In this document: positions 24,585-37,237 of the stretch, piece after piece
Layout: the number at the start of each line of letters is the position of its first letter
Numbering within the stretch: position 1 is the stretch's first letter
Assembly: GCA_008632985.1 (NCBI GenBank)
Contig: QPGO01000076.1
Location: forward strand, 186,001-250,000
Source: Psammoneis japonica
Lineage: Eukaryota
Direction: 5' to 3'
DNA: 64,000 bases
The notes under the pieces: model-generated
The model's input: only the letters and a program-made list of their open reading frames with translations
Database searches by the model: none
Told to the model about the DNA's origin: nothing
Program-made: the position numbers and the translations under genes

Positions 24585-25719
24585 ATGGCATTTTTGTTGT
24601 CAAGATCACTTTTCACCACTCTCAGCCTTGCCACAACTTTTCGAAACGCATCTTGCTATAGTCTCATGAGCAGCACTAACACTGGCAAAGCTTTGGTCTC
24701 GGGTGGCGCCGGTGTCACGACGGACGATCAAACCAACGCGGAAGAACGACGCAAACGCGGTGAGTTTGTTCGTGGTGTATCGACGGCACGAAACTGGATT
24801 GGCAGCGAAACCTATCCACCCGAGTCGGGCAGGTACCACTTGTATGTTGCCTACAATTGTCCTTGGTGTCATCGTGTCTTATTGGGATTGGCCGTCATGG
24901 GATTGCAAGACGCTGTTACGGTCGATGTTTGCTTTCCCAATCGTTCATCGGATGAGGAACGCTCGGACCAAATCTTTGGAAGTTTTGTCCCGAGGGACAG
25001 ACTGGAATGAATGGGAAATTTGTTCAGTTTAACAGCTGTACTCCCGACACAATTCATGGCAAGCGCTACGTCAAGGAGATTTATGAATTGGCCGGCATTG
25101 AGGACCAAAAGTCTGTTCCTGTACTCTTTGACAAGAAAACCAACACCGTGGTAAATAATGAAAGTGCCGAGATTTTGCGCATGTTTGGAACGGAAATGAA
25201 ACATCTTGGCAAGCACTCCAGCATTGACCTGTATCCAGAAAAGCTCTCAAGCAAGATTGATGAAATTAACGATTGGGTCTACAAGGAAATTGCCAATGGT
25301 GCCTACAAGGCTGGCTTTTCGTCAAGTCAACAAGTATACGAAACAGCCTATGACGCATTCTTTGTCGCACTGGACAAGGTGGAATCCTTGTTACAAGTGC
25401 ATGATTACTTGGCGGGGGATACCGTGACGGAAGCAGACCTTCGTTTGTTCCCCACGCTCTTTCGGTTTGATCCCGTATATTACTCGCGTTTCAAACTCAA
25501 CAAGAAGTTCCTATGGGAATACCCAAGAATATGGCAGTGGATGGGTAGAATGATGGCACTGCCAGGCATGGAAAAGGTATCCAATGCCGAGTACTTGATG
25601 CATTGCAAACAAGGGTACTTTGGTCGAACGGGCAACGGCACCGTGCCAAAGGACCGGACGGATATCCCGAGTGCTACACAAGGCCTCATTGGACGCACAA
25701 ATTCTTGAGGGATAAATAG
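24585..25719 (+). CDS. Glutathionyl-hydroquinone reductase (GST Xi/omega-like, ECM4/YqjG family), frameshifts near 24960-25010 and 25650
   Basis: GEFVR, GRYHLYVAYNCPWCHR, SVPVLFDKK..VVNNESAEILR, NGAYKAGF and TEADLRLFPTLFRFDPVY. Confidence 0.88.
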
Positions 25720-25905
25720 ATATAGTAAGAGCGAACATTACTATAATGTACTCGAAGAGTTTTGAGCATCAATAATATGCGCTAAGTAAAGCTATTGTTT
25801 GTTGCACAGCACAGAACAAGGCAAACAAACACGAGCCTTCTACAAAACATTGAGGTGTGGCATGCACTATACAACCTCCAAACCCGAAACACATAGTTCT
25901 TTACA

Positions 25906-26651
25906 TCAAGCGTTCCTACCGCCATCGTCATTCACATCATCCTCATCTCCTTGCGGAGCAATGGATTTAATCGACTTTGTCAAAAAGTCCATACCCGACG
26001 CCAATCCACTCGCAGTCGTTTTGGTGATACCGCGGCTATCATCCAATTGTTGCAAATTGCGCTTGGACTTTTGCAAGACGGAATCCTCCTTTCCGAGTGG
26101 CTTGACCACCTTTTCTTGCACGACACCGAAAGTTGGGACGTCTTGTCGGAAATTTGAAACTTCTGATTGATCGAGGACACACTGGAAGAAAACCAACTTC
26201 CGGCCTTCTTGGCACCCGACCCGACACCCAAGTGCTGCTCGTCCACCGTCTTGACTTTATCGGCCACCTGAGAAACGCCCTTGGTGAAACCCACCTTTTC
26301 ATCCAGCGTAATGCTGGCACGAGAAAGGGCCTTTCCGAAATTCGATGTGGACGCTCGTAATTTCGACAGAGCCTCCTTCTTTTCCGCTTCTTCTGCAGTC
26401 ACTTCTTCTTCTTCTCCTTGAGATGCGTCCATATTGCCAGTCAACCCAACGTTATCATCTTCGTCATCCCAACTCGAATTGGCAGGGTTACTACGACTGC
26501 TTTCCGGGACTTGCACAGGTTTCGAGTAAACGGCAGAAGAGTCAGGCATTTGTATGGGCTTTTTATTACTGTCCTTGCTTGCAGTCGGACTGTTGGATAA
26601 ATTGACAGCCTCCATCATGTCGTCGTCACCGTCGTTGTTGGAAGAAGCCAT
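25906..26651 (-). CDS. Hypothetical acidic/coiled protein, frameshift near 26130
   Basis: ORF 25980-26651 continues plausibly in the 25906-26196 frame (VVQEKVVKPLGK...). Confidence 0.6.
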
Positions 26652-29209
26652 GATTGTAAATATATAGGGCTAAGAAGTGATGGTGAATAGTAGTAGAGAG
26701 TCTGGTATGAGAGTCGTCAGCGCAGAGCAAAACATTGCAGTCGTGAGAGGAGCAAGAACAAAAAAACGCATTTCGTTTCGTATTTTCGTCTCGGAGGGAG
26801 TTCTGGGTTTACATGATCTTCCTTGACGAATATCTTTAAAATGCTTTGGAGGCATTTTTGGGTGAATGACGTCATGACGTAGCGAAGGAAGGACCGTTGC
26901 TGAACGTTGACTTGCTTGCTTGCTCTCGCGCTTGCCTGTGCAATGAAAGGTGCTCCACGAAAAGTCAGCTCTGTTTTCAAATGCAAGATGTCATGAACAA
27001 CACACACACACACCCATTGCATTCTTGCAAGACATCTGTTTAAAGAGTGTGATGCCAACAATGCTCACATCTTGTGCATTTTGTGGCTCTGGCTGGGGTC
27101 AAAGTGTGTCTCCAGCAAATTCTGCCAAAAATGTCCATTCATGCGGGTCACACAGGATTCAAGACATGTGAGTCGCTGTGCGATGAAGTGAAATTGACCC
27201 ATTCCCAACACCAAGATCAGATGATGACATCATCACAAACCAATTTTATTGCAACGTTCCACTTTCTAGTTTGTCTTTGACCTCGTGACAACTGTGTGAG
27301 CGCATTTGACCTCTTTCATTCCACGACACAAGCAGGCAAAACAATCCATGAATGCTCATTGTGCAAGCCACACTCTTCTGTTTTCAGATTTGAGATTTGT
27401 GTCTTTGTGATCAATCTGTGAGCACATGCAAGCCAGGGAGAAGCTCTGTGTTCACTGTTCACTGTCATTTGTCATTCTGCGGAAAACGACAACATCAGAG
27501 CATTTTGTCAATGTTGTTTGACCACTTTTTTCTTGAACCAAGCACCAACTTTGTCATCTCTTCATTTCCACTCCCACCCACCCTGCTTTCTCTCATTCAA
27601 AAACACTTGGCTGAATGCACTGCAGTTGCTTCATCAAAGTCTTTAAAAACATTTGTCTGGTCCTCAATGCCATTGATCAAATGGCTTTGATGATGTGACA
27701 ATGACGTTGGACCCATCAATGTGCTCATGCCAGCAGGAAGGACAGTGAGAGTTGGCTGCAGCAGCAAGGAGAAAGTTGAGTGAAAGACAACAAGTGGCAA
27801 GCCTTGGACGCATTGACAACACCATTTTGATTTTTAATTTGCTTGCCTTTTTGTGAACTCGGACTTTGACTCAGTGGGTGCCAAAACCCCCCAGCAAATG
27901 GTGAGTTGATGCACAGTCTGCATGAATCATGGCATCACAAATGGGTGCAACAGCACATTTTGCACAAAAAACTCAACTCCCTGCCATTCTCTGATGGTCT
28001 CTTTGTGACCCCAAACAAAAGGTGGCGCAACACAAGCCTGCTGCAGCAATGGGGGGGGCTCCAAATGTGCCGAGATTGTTTGAAAACCTTTTTGTCTGCT
28101 GTTGGCTCCGGCAGTTTTTTGACAAGTTTTCTGTGTTGTTGCTGTGGCAATTGGTCCATGCACTCATCCGGAGTGTGCTTGCCATGCCAGTTTGAAGTTG
28201 CTTGAGGCCTGGGTCTCACAGCAGCTGCACAGGAGGTGCAGCCTGAAAAAGTGTTTTTCCTTTGTGTGTGTGTTCCAAACAGCAACAATGATGCAATGCT
28301 GCACATGATTGCTTGTGTCATCACCAGCGCGCATGCACACACACACACGCTGCATGATTGCAACCTGGCATTGAACATGTCGTAGCCAATTGGTGCTCAG
28401 GTGGTTCTGACACCCCTGGCAATGTGAGTGTCTTGACCCCAGCCAGCAATTGGGGGTCACATCCCAGTGCCATCGGGGCTCACATCCGGTGGCTGCTGTG
28501 CATGACTCTGCAAAAAAAAAACAAGCACTGGACTCTGATTTCTAAGTCATTTAACTGCCCAACAGTGGGAAACATGAAAACATGCTTTGATTCCTGCACA
28601 GGCTCTGTTCAATGGAAAATTGCATTGACTTTGCTTTGTCGCACACTTCTGCAGGATTGCAGCGCAAAACAAATGAGTGACATGGGCTGCATGGACTGCA
28701 AAGAAAGACTTTGCAGTTTGCGTGGCCAGTCTGATGCTTTGGGGCATTGTGCAGATTCCCAGTGCAAGACTTGCTCCTGCCAGCTGGCATGAATTCTGGC
28801 AGGAACTGCCAGTGGACAGAATGATGTAAGTTGAGAGCAATGACAAATTGACAGCAACCTCAACACAGCAGCAAGAAGATTTGTTGTTCAGTGCAGTTCT
28901 GTGTTGCTGTGTTTGTGAAATGTCTCCAGCGACAATGAAAAATCTGCTGTGGCACTGGTTCTCATTGAGCACATCACTGGAGGAGGGTGGCTTCTTGGAG
29001 TTGGGCCAGAGCACGCACTGCCATCCAGCACAGAGCAGAGGCAGATGCACAGTCTGGGGCAGAGCAGAGGTGTGGAACCTGTCACAATGACCAGAGTTCC
29101 CGCATTCTCTCGAATGCCACAGGGCCTGCAATTTTCAGTCAGAACCATGCCCTCAATCGCTCTCGTCGTGGCTTGCCTCATCATCCTGCCTGAAGACAGC
29201 TCAATCCTT

Positions 29210-30776
29210 GTCAGTCACTGGACCAGGCAGCAGGGGTTGGATTGGATGTGCCTCTGCCTCTTGACCAGTCATCATTCTTGAAGGCCTCCACACCAAACTT
29301 GTCGATCGTACAAAAGACAAAGCAGCAGCAGCTCCTGCAAGCAACAGCTTTGCTCGGCTGCTCAAAGCCAGTGCGTGAAAATGGCCTCAAGTCTGCCACG
29401 TCAAGAGCCTCAAGCTTGGCTCCCAAAACCACCTTTTCCTTCTCTTCCTCCTCAGACAAAGCTCTTTGTTTGTCAGCAACAAGGGACGTGTTCCAGCCGC
29501 ACGTGAACCAAATCGTGCACAAAAACGACATTTGCGCGATTTTTGCGCGGTCCCCAACTTACGATCGAACTTTCACCACCAAAAGTATAGATTTATACAA
29601 ATATATATGTTTTGCAACACTAACAAGACTCGTGTGAGTGTTGCAATATCATTGTTATTGTGCTATCTATGTTTTTCATTGCGTAAAAAGATTCGTAACA
29701 CAACGGATGATTTTCGGCGAAAATATTGCCGTTATTTGGATGTTACCTAAATATATCTTTCTACGATGCTACTTGGTAGGTTTTCTACCTACAAAAAAAT
29801 CTCAGTATAAATCTACTGACGTACAATCAGTATTGAGTCTACTGAGGAAGTTTATGATACATATCCCATGAGGATTTGAATACCCCTCAAAAAACTATTT
29901 AAATGTCCATACTCTAGAAGCCTATAAAAGTCAATCCGTCTAAGTATTTTTATTAAAATGCTATATACACTAAAATATACATAAATTATATTCCAAATCC
30001 GATTGTCGTTTTGTGCGTCACCTGGGACTGGAACACGTCAAGGGTCTCCCACCATTCATGATCATGAAATTTGTCCTCGGAGACAAACTGTCGGCAACGA
30101 TTGCCAGTGTAAATGGCAATGCCCCAATCAAGAATCCTGTCAAATTCAAGCCTCCCCATGAATCCAAGCACACATGCTCCCACCCAGGAGTGGTGACGAC
30201 ACTCTTCCGATTGATCCAAGCTGTGAACAATGAGAGGGCTTTCTTGGAGTGATCTTTCCTCTTTGTTGCATCTCAAAGAGAACTCAGCTCTTGGGATGAG
30301 CCATGTTGGCAAAGAACAGGTTTACCACATTGCGCAGATCATCGTTGCACAAGTCTGCCAAAGAGTCTGGAAAGGGAAAAGTTCTGACATCCTCAACACC
30401 GTGATTGACGCAGATCAGCTTGATCGACCCAGATTCTTGTCCGTCGACAAAAATCTTGGCCTTGTGCCTCCAGGGAAAAACATCCAACTTTGATGAGAAC
30501 TGAACCTGTCCAGAACCATTTGGTCCCTCAGCACCATCACTTGTGCCCACTTGTTCGTCAAGCGTTCCCGTCGAAAGATTCTAGAATCGAGAAGACGCTG
30601 AAAGGTCTTGCAGGAACAATGAAGCGGCCCATGCTCATCCACGTCGGTTCTCAACAAGACTTGCAACAACAAATCCTCATGTTCAAACAAGAGACTAAAA
30701 CCATGCTTTTCTTCTTCTTCCTTTTGTCGAGGACAGTCACTGTCATCAACTTCAAGACTGTTTTGTTGCTGTCCAT
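29210..30776 (-). pseudogene. Host-like gene (possible N-terminal F-box-like segment) interrupted by the MITE
   Basis: Removing 29485-30039 and one TSD gives in-frame HEWWETLVADKQRALSEEEE; N-terminal LFEHEDLLLQVLL..HGPLHCSCKTFQRLLDS resembles an F-box. Confidence 0.55.
29485..30039. mobile_element. Non-autonomous DNA transposon (MITE) copy A, 555 bp, TIR GACGTGTTCCAG..., 4-bp TSD AAGG
   Basis: Left end gacgtgttccagccgcacgtga, right end tcacctgggactggaacacgtc; AAGG on both sides; homologous to 57073-58023. Confidence 0.9.
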
Positions 30777-30852
30777 GCTTGATGCTTTTTGCAACAAAAC
30801 AACATCACTGACTGTGACACCTGAACTTCTTCTGTTGCAAGGCAGCTAGCCA

Positions 30853-30905
30853 CTCTCTACTCTAGAGCAGTAGAGAGCCATTGCTCTCTATGATAGAGTA
30901 GAGAG
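30853..30905. repeat. Nested inverted repeat (hairpin)
   Basis: Outer arms ctctctactcta / tagagtagagag; inner arms tagagag / ctctcta. Confidence 0.8.
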
Positions 30906-31334
30906 GTCAGATTTTTATTGTGAAACAGGAAACGGCAACCATCCTTTCAAAGGATTTCGACGTCACGATCATTCATCTTGCCCCAGTCAGGGGTGGTAGG
31001 AGCATTCGCTACCGTCTGGAGTCCATCCAAATACTGTAGCGACGAGCAAGATGAAAATTACCTCTAGCTAGCTAAGTACAGTAGGGCCCTATGTTACTAC
31101 AGTACAACGAACAAGACGACGAGAGCCCTACTGCTTCAATCCTTTAGAGAGAGTTGGGCTTGCTTAGCACTGTCAACTAGAAGTACCAAGATATAGAAAC
31201 TCAAGAAGATAGACAACTAGCACCGGCAAACTAATTACAACAACAACAAAACAAATTTGCGTGCTTCAAAGTCTAGTTTTGTTATCATCAAACTATTCTC
31301 AAGCAACATCACCATTCACTTGTGTTATTATTTT

Positions 31335-32042
31335 TTAATCCCACAAGAGCGGAATGGGCACAGATCCAGCAATGGCATCGTGTGCCACCCACGCCGAAAT
31401 GGCAAACATGGCAGCCCGTCCATTCTGTAGCTCAACCAAACGACGACGATCCGTGACTTTAATCTTGAGTGGGTTCCATCCCAAATCACCCGTCAACCCC
31501 CCCGGCGACAATCCGGGAGCAACCGTGGCATCCTCCACGAGCTTTCCATCCTTGTGGGTCATTTCAAAGATTTCCACAAGCGCAATGGCCCCAAACATTT
31601 GCACAATGCCTTCGGGTGGGACAGCCTTCATGGCTTCGAGTGGAGTCATGGCGGACAAGTCACTGAACTTGATGTTTTGCGTGACGGACAAGTATTCGTG
31701 CGGTGAAATGTGGTCCAGCGTCAAACCGAGCTTGTGAAAGGCAAATCCCACCGTGGCCAACATGGCCGATCGACCGTGCTTGAGTTCGGCGGCACGAAGG
31801 AACGTGCCGGTCGCTTCGGAACCATAGTCTGACGTGAGTTTGTTCCAGTAATTCTCACCAATAAAGTACTCACCACCCAAGAGAGGAGTTGCTCCAAAGC
31901 AGGGAACCTTTTCTTCAATCTCCATGAGGGGAACTTCTTCGCTCATTTTGAGAGAAGCGACATTCTTGGAAGTGGTGGTGGGTGGTGCAAACGCCGAAGC
32001 GCTGCCCAACAAGAATCCCAAAACGGCAACCGAAAGCTTCAT
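31335..32042 (-). CDS. Light-harvesting (fucoxanthin-chlorophyll a/c binding) protein
   Basis: Signal peptide plus SASAFAP bipartite targeting motif; FLRAAELKHGRSAMLA and RRLVELQNGRAAM. Confidence 0.93.
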   Translation of the reverse strand: MKLSVAVLGFLLGSASAFAPPTTTSKNVASLKMSEEVPLMEIEEKVPCFGATPLLGGEYFIGENYWNKLTSDYGSEATGTFLRAAELKHGRSAMLATVGFAFHKLGLTLDHISPHEYLSVTQNIKFSDLSAMTPLEAMKAVPPEGIVQMFGAIALVEIFEMTHKDGKLVEDATVAPGLSPGGLTGDLGWNPLKIKVTDRRRLVELQNGRAAMFAISAWVAHDAIAGSVPIPLLWD

Positions 32043-32391
32043 GGTGGATGGGTGCGAACACAAGTTGTTGCAACACAAAAAGAAAGCGGCAACGTGTGCG
32101 CGGATCCTTTTTCAAGTTGAACTCAAGATCGGGGGAATTAGAAGGGAATGTGGAATTTCAATTTTGAGAAAAGTGAATATCTCATGCGCTCGATTTCGCG
32201 CGCGTCATTTTTTTCATTCAACGGACGGAATGTCGCACCTTTTCGCATCGACGGCACGACCCAACGCGGAGTGAAGTTGTTGTTGTGTTGTTGTGTTAGT
32301 TATTGTGACTTGCAAATCAGCAGCGACAAGCTCTCTTGTGTGTATCTGACTCTCTCACTCTTACACACTTACATCTATCTAACTATCAACA

Positions 32392-33134
32392 ATGGCAGAT
32401 CAATCTCCCTCGTGGCTTACACCGGACGCTTCTTCTGGAGCAGCAGCAGCAGCAACATCGCCTACCGCGTCTGCACCTGCTCCCGCGACCTTTTCGCTCA
32501 ACGAAACAACGGAAACACCCGAACCAACCGCCGCTTCATCTCGTGCGGCACCCGCCGTCGAAGATGATCCTGATTTGCCTCGTGTCATTCTCTTGATGCG
32601 TTTGGCCAACATGGGTGTGGCGATTGCACTCATTGTCGTGTCGGTGCGTAGTTGCGTAGAATTTGTACTGATTTGTACGGCAGAAACAAAAATGACTTCT
32701 ATGATTTACTCACAATTTTTCTCTCCATAATTTTTTTTTTACAGGTCCTCGAATTGATTAGCATTCCATCCATTGCCAATGGCGTTCTAGCTGTCTATGC
32801 CATTTTGGGCGGTCTCTTGGTTTGTTGTTTGGAAACGCAACTCAAATTCCTCCGTGTGATTATCGCGGTTAATTATGGATTCCTCTTTGATGCCATTTGG
32901 CGCTTTGCCTACTACGTGCTCATGGCATCCATTTGTTGGGCCTACGACAAGTTGTTTGGAAAAATTGTTGCCGGATGTTTGGTCGGTGTGGCCGTGTACA
33001 ATACCTATGTTCTTTGTCGGTATCCGGCCTATCGTAAAGTACGAGAACGCATTGCCGAAGAAGAAGATAAGCGGATTGAAGCGCGAATCTCCAAGGAAGT
33101 CAAGAGGCAAGCTGTCAATCAATTGACAAAGTAG
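32392..33134 (+). CDS. COPI-associated/Tvp15-like membrane protein; exons 32392-32643, 32745-33134
   Basis: In-frame GT-AG intron; TM helices with LAVYAILGGLLVCCLE..NYGFLF..WRFAYY. Confidence 0.75.
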
Positions 33135-33678
33135 AGTTTGATGATGATGATGTGCTGATGGATGCGGTCGTAAAGAGTCGTATGCTTTGGTAATACAACC
33201 ATATTTTGGCCAGACGAATCCAGTAGATTCAGTATGATACGAACAATAAAAAATAGGAACAAGAGATACTATGTTGCACTGTCCTTGCCAGAGAGTCGAT
33301 ACTGCATCCAAGGCACCTATCACAGACTGCAAGACGACATAAAGTAGAAAGTTTACCTTGATGACAGAGGAATTAGCCGTGGGAAATGGTTGGCTGATGA
33401 AAAATCAATGCGCTAGAGGACCAGAGATTTATACGAGTATTGAACAACAAAGTGCCAAGGTGTATTGTGTATTGTCTTGAAAAGCTATAGGGAAAAGTTT
33501 TGATGGGTTGAGGATGGGATCGAAACAACATGGAACCCAACTATTGTTCCAGCAATTCAGGCCGATAACTAGAGTCAACTCATAATAGTCTAGCTTCCTA
33601 GCATAAGTTGCAGGGTATCCTAAAAGCCCCTAAAGGCTAACCCAACCGAGACAAAAGCAAAAGGAGCGGAGTCCTTCC

Positions 33679-34590
33679 TTAGGAATTGTCACAAAACATT
33701 GGAATGGTGGAGCTCAAACCTGCTTCTGGTAAATACTTGGTCAAAAATTTCGTCATGAAGAATCGAAAATCTGATACGCTCTTTGCCCTTCGCAGATCTC
33801 GAGGGTACTCTCTCCATTTTGTCAGCGCCGTCATGCCGTCGTTTATGATTTTCTCGTCAATCATGTCCGTGCCCTGAAAGGCCGACAAAATGTCTTTCGT
33901 GTACTTGAACGCACAATGGCTCGTGGCGGTCGTAATCCGTCGGAACCACACCTTGTCAAACGAATCATAGTACATCATCCGAATCGCAAGACTCATGGAA
34001 GCTTCAAGCTTGACAAATACGACTCGGGAAAACCCACCGTTTTGATACATGCGCCTCCTGGCAAACTTTGCCGCCCTTTTGGCAGTATTAAAGTAAACCT
34101 GGGCATCTTCAAGTGTACCTTGGGCCTCTCTCTTCTCGTACAGTCTCACCAGCCTATTCAAGCAGCTCCGCAACTCACAAGTTGCTTCACTTGTCCCTTG
34201 TGGCCACATTATTGGAATGACTGACATGGTTGTACAGTCTTGGATTGTTCGATCTTGCTCTTCCGAGTATGCCTCCAAACAAATGTTGAAGGAGAATGGC
34301 TTCTCATATGTATTGGAACAGGCATAGCGTGTGTCAAGCTTGGAATTGGACTCAATAGGACCACAGTCAAAGGGATCCAAGTCGACGGACCACTTGACAC
34401 GACTTGCTCCCGCAAAGACAGTCCCGTTGAGCTTTGGATAATCCGCAAGTTGAGCGGCATAGTCCCACGTATACGGGCCTCCAGCGTCGACGACAAGGTC
34501 ACTTTCAAGTGCCATTGTAGTAAGTAACGTTGAGGTACTTGTTAGAAGGAGGCATGCCTGTAATGTTTTACCAATTCGTAGGTTAAACAT
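33679..34590 (-). CDS. Secreted hypothetical protein with a PKD-like N-terminal segment
   Basis: Signal peptide followed by VVDAGGPY; intact 303-aa ORF. Confidence 0.65.
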   Translation of the reverse strand: MFNLRIGKTLQACLLLTSTSTLLTTMALESDLVVDAGGPYTWDYAAQLADYPKLNGTVFAGASRVKWSVDLDPFDCGPIESNSKLDTRYACSNTYEKPFSFNICLEAYSEEQDRTIQDCTTMSVIPIMWPQGTSEATCELRSCLNRLVRLYEKREAQGTLEDAQVYFNTAKRAAKFARRRMYQNGGFSRVVFVKLEASMSLAIRMMYYDSFDKVWFRRITTATSHCAFKYTKDILSAFQGTDMIDEKIINDGMTALTKWREYPRDLRRAKSVSDFRFFMTKFLTKYLPEAGLSSTIPMFCDNS

Positions 34591-35302
34591 GTTGTCAAGA
34601 TTCGTTGGTGGTTCCTGATTGATGAAGTTTGGTAGTTTCTTTCTCTTCTTTTCGTCTCTGTTCTTGACAAACGAAAAGCAAAGCTAAGGGATTTATGAGT
34701 GAATCATGACGTGGGCCGATCAAGAATTCGATTTCACGAACAAACAAGTTGAATGCGAACCCATCGCTTGTGTGCAGAACATCATGGCTCTGAAGCAATG
34801 ACCTCCACAACGAGAAACGCATATTCGTTGCAACATGTGCAATAGCTTTTCTTTCTCTCTCTCTAGAGAGAGAGAGGTTGAACGGCTTGTTAGTCATCAT
34901 TGTGATGAGAGGCGCCCTTACTTACGTCGTTGTCGATGCAAAGTGATTCGATAATAGTTTTGTGAGAGGAGCATCGAGGATGGAGAGACTTTGCGGCGCG
35001 GCGTCGGCGGCAAAGTCAACTTGAGAAGTGTTTGCTTAGTTCCGGATTAACGTCAGTCGCAGTATATTTTTTACATACATGATTCATTAGGGGGTGTCAA
35101 CGTGGAGAGGGCAATGTTGCGACGATCAAATATTTCAAATTACTTATGGGCTTTCTTTTACGTCTTGTTCGGGTCACAATTTCAAATTCTCTCTTGGGAA
35201 AAAACGAAGGATTTCATTTAACATTAATCCACAAGTGATTAGAAAGAAGTGCTAGAGACTCCGACCTCATGTATGGCGAGCAACACATTTGCCAGTGGAA
35301 GC

Positions 35303-36844
35303 CTATTTGCTGTTGTCCATGTGATCGACTGCAGCGTTGACGACACTCTGGAGTGCATCGAGTCCTTCAAATAAGAGAGAATGTTTGACATGATGATCAT
35401 CAAATTCTCCATGCGTATCGTCGTCATGGGTCGAGGGAGGCGAAATAATGTAGGCAAGAATATCCAAGATGCCAGAAACACCCTTTCTTTGCTCATTCTT
35501 GTGCTCCACAATTTTGAACACTGGATGGCCGTTTCGTATCTTCTCATCAATGTATTCATCGGATGTGATCAGTCTGTCAACTAGACCTAGTTCCTTTGCC
35601 TTGGCTCCGAGCCAATAGGAACCACTCGTAGCGTATTCATAGTCCTTAATAACGTCACCTCTCCATTTTTGCACATGAGCGCGAAAGGCTTCGTGAAAAG
35701 AATCAATATGCTCCTGCATATGTGCCGCTTCCTCTTCGGAAATATCACCAAACCTCGTCATTGGCGCCTTCCACTGTCCTCCATGGAACCGAATGGGCTT
35801 GATGCCAATTTTCTCAAGCGCGTCGTGAAAGTTCAACACTTCTGCTGATACAACACCGATCGATCCAATCGACGCAAAAGGCGCAGCAAACAGCTGACCT
35901 GGAGATGCTAGGGATGCGAGTAAGTACCCACCGCTAAGAGCGTTCTGGTCACAGAGTACCGTTAAGGTAAGGCCTGGTTCCATACGCAGGCGGCGAAGCT
36001 GCTCGGCGAGGAGTCCATATACACTTATGGGTCCTCCTGCTGACTCAAGCACAATCATGACTTCAAAGTTGGAATTCTTGTCGGCAGCACGACGATCACG
36101 AATCATTCCAACAAGAAAAGTGACGGCGTGTCGAAGAAAGGCAATGTCTTTTCGAACATTGTTGCCAGGACGAATATCTAGAACAATAGAAGTAGAATGG
36201 CTCTGCACCAGCTTCTGAGTCATTCGTATTGGTGAAATGACATCGTCAAACTCAGACGTAATCCTTGTAGCCGCGTCGCTGGCAACCGATGTATTCAAGA
36301 GGTGTGCGTTCAAGGGCGCCGCGCTTGGTTCAGCTCGTACCAATCCCTTCTTTTCAAAAGCTTCCCACATGGCAACATCTTTCATGTAATAACCATTACG
36401 CCTCTCGGTATTCAACGATGTTGTAAACCCGATAGGTTCAAGTCTGAAGTGTTGCTTTGAGTGGGAGACTGGCGAGGAGGAAGGTTTTACCTTGACGTCT
36501 TGACTTGGAAATAGCACGGGCAGAAGCATCCACAAGCACCATACCTTTGTTAGATTACTCAAAGTGATCAAGTCCATTAGACTCTGAATGGTACCAACGA
36601 ATCTTCGTATGAGAGAAGGCTTCGGTTTTTGGTTGGTATCCTCGTTTTCTGGCAACATGGCGCCGTCCTGTATAACCGGCGGGTCGGTTCCAGAACTTTC
36701 AGATTCAATCATTCTCTGCCGCTTATCGTAAAGAAAGGTTTCGATTTCGTCTCTGAAAAATTGTTGTGAGATCAAATCCACAGGTTGTAGCGACATGCAT
36801 CCGCCTTGGTGCAGTCTTGGAGATCCGCGAATGCTACGAGCCAT
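35303..36844 (-). CDS. sohB: Peptidase S49 (SohB/SppA-like)
   Basis: EVMIVLESAGG..YGLLAEQLRRLR, LTVLCD..ALSGGYLLA, AAPFASIGSIGV and AKELGLVDRLITSDEYI. Confidence 0.85.
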   Translation of the reverse strand: MARSIRGSPRLHQGGCMSLQPVDLISQQFFRDEIETFLYDKRQRMIESESSGTDPPVIQDGAMLPENEDTNQKPKPSLIRRFVGTIQSLMDLITLSNLTKVWCLWMLLPVLFPSQDVKVKPSSSPVSHSKQHFRLEPIGFTTSLNTERRNGYYMKDVAMWEAFEKKGLVRAEPSAAPLNAHLLNTSVASDAATRITSEFDDVISPIRMTQKLVQSHSTSIVLDIRPGNNVRKDIAFLRHAVTFLVGMIRDRRAADKNSNFEVMIVLESAGGPISVYGLLAEQLRRLRMEPGLTLTVLCDQNALSGGYLLASLASPGQLFAAPFASIGSIGVVSAEVLNFHDALEKIGIKPIRFHGGQWKAPMTRFGDISEEEAAHMQEHIDSFHEAFRAHVQKWRGDVIKDYEYATSGSYWLGAKAKELGLVDRLITSDEYIDEKIRNGHPVFKIVEHKNEQRKGVSGILDILAYIISPPSTHDDDTHGEFDDHHVKHSLLFEGLDALQSVVNAAVDHMDNSK

Positions 36845-37237
36845 CCGAGTCGTGGATCGACTCGTTGAATGGTGTCGCGGAAAGATTCATTCGATGGCAC
36901 GACTGACTCGCCTAAAGGTTAGTCAGTCAAGTCCACCCAATATGTTGCCATCCTGAGGCTACACGAAACAAGTCTTGTCAGGAGTGGTTACCGGGCGTTA
37001 CAATTTCTATTCTCCGTTTCTGCCTTATCGCGGAGTCCTATCGCGCATGATGGAAGGGCATAAAAGGGTGATGCGCGTAGATAGGCGTCTTGTCCCTTGG
37101 CGCTCGGTTTGGAATCTCGGTAAAGCAGTCATAATTCTGTAACAACTACTGTAATTCAACACTCCAAAGTCACTGCACTGACGGATAGAATGCACAACTT
37201 TTTCTATATCTCGTACAGAGACATCCGCAAGACCTCG

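Larger units (their letters stand above)
26890..30845. other. TpA-depleted tract 4, interrupted by a TA-rich MITE interior (29570-30000)
   Basis: About 10 TA in 26.9-29.56 kb and 4 TA in 30.04-30.84 kb by eye. Confidence 0.88.

Noticed and set aside
23629..25719. Programmed frameshifting or true pseudogenisation of the Nudix and GST genes
   Set aside because: Indels are scattered across many unrelated conserved genes, often in homopolymers. Sequencing error is more parsimonious.
29570..30000. Classical RIP (CpA>TpA) acting on MITE copy A
   Set aside because: Copy A retains many CA/TG, and conserved protein motifs in neighbouring tracts show TA is the ancestral state. Not fully excluded without a family consensus.
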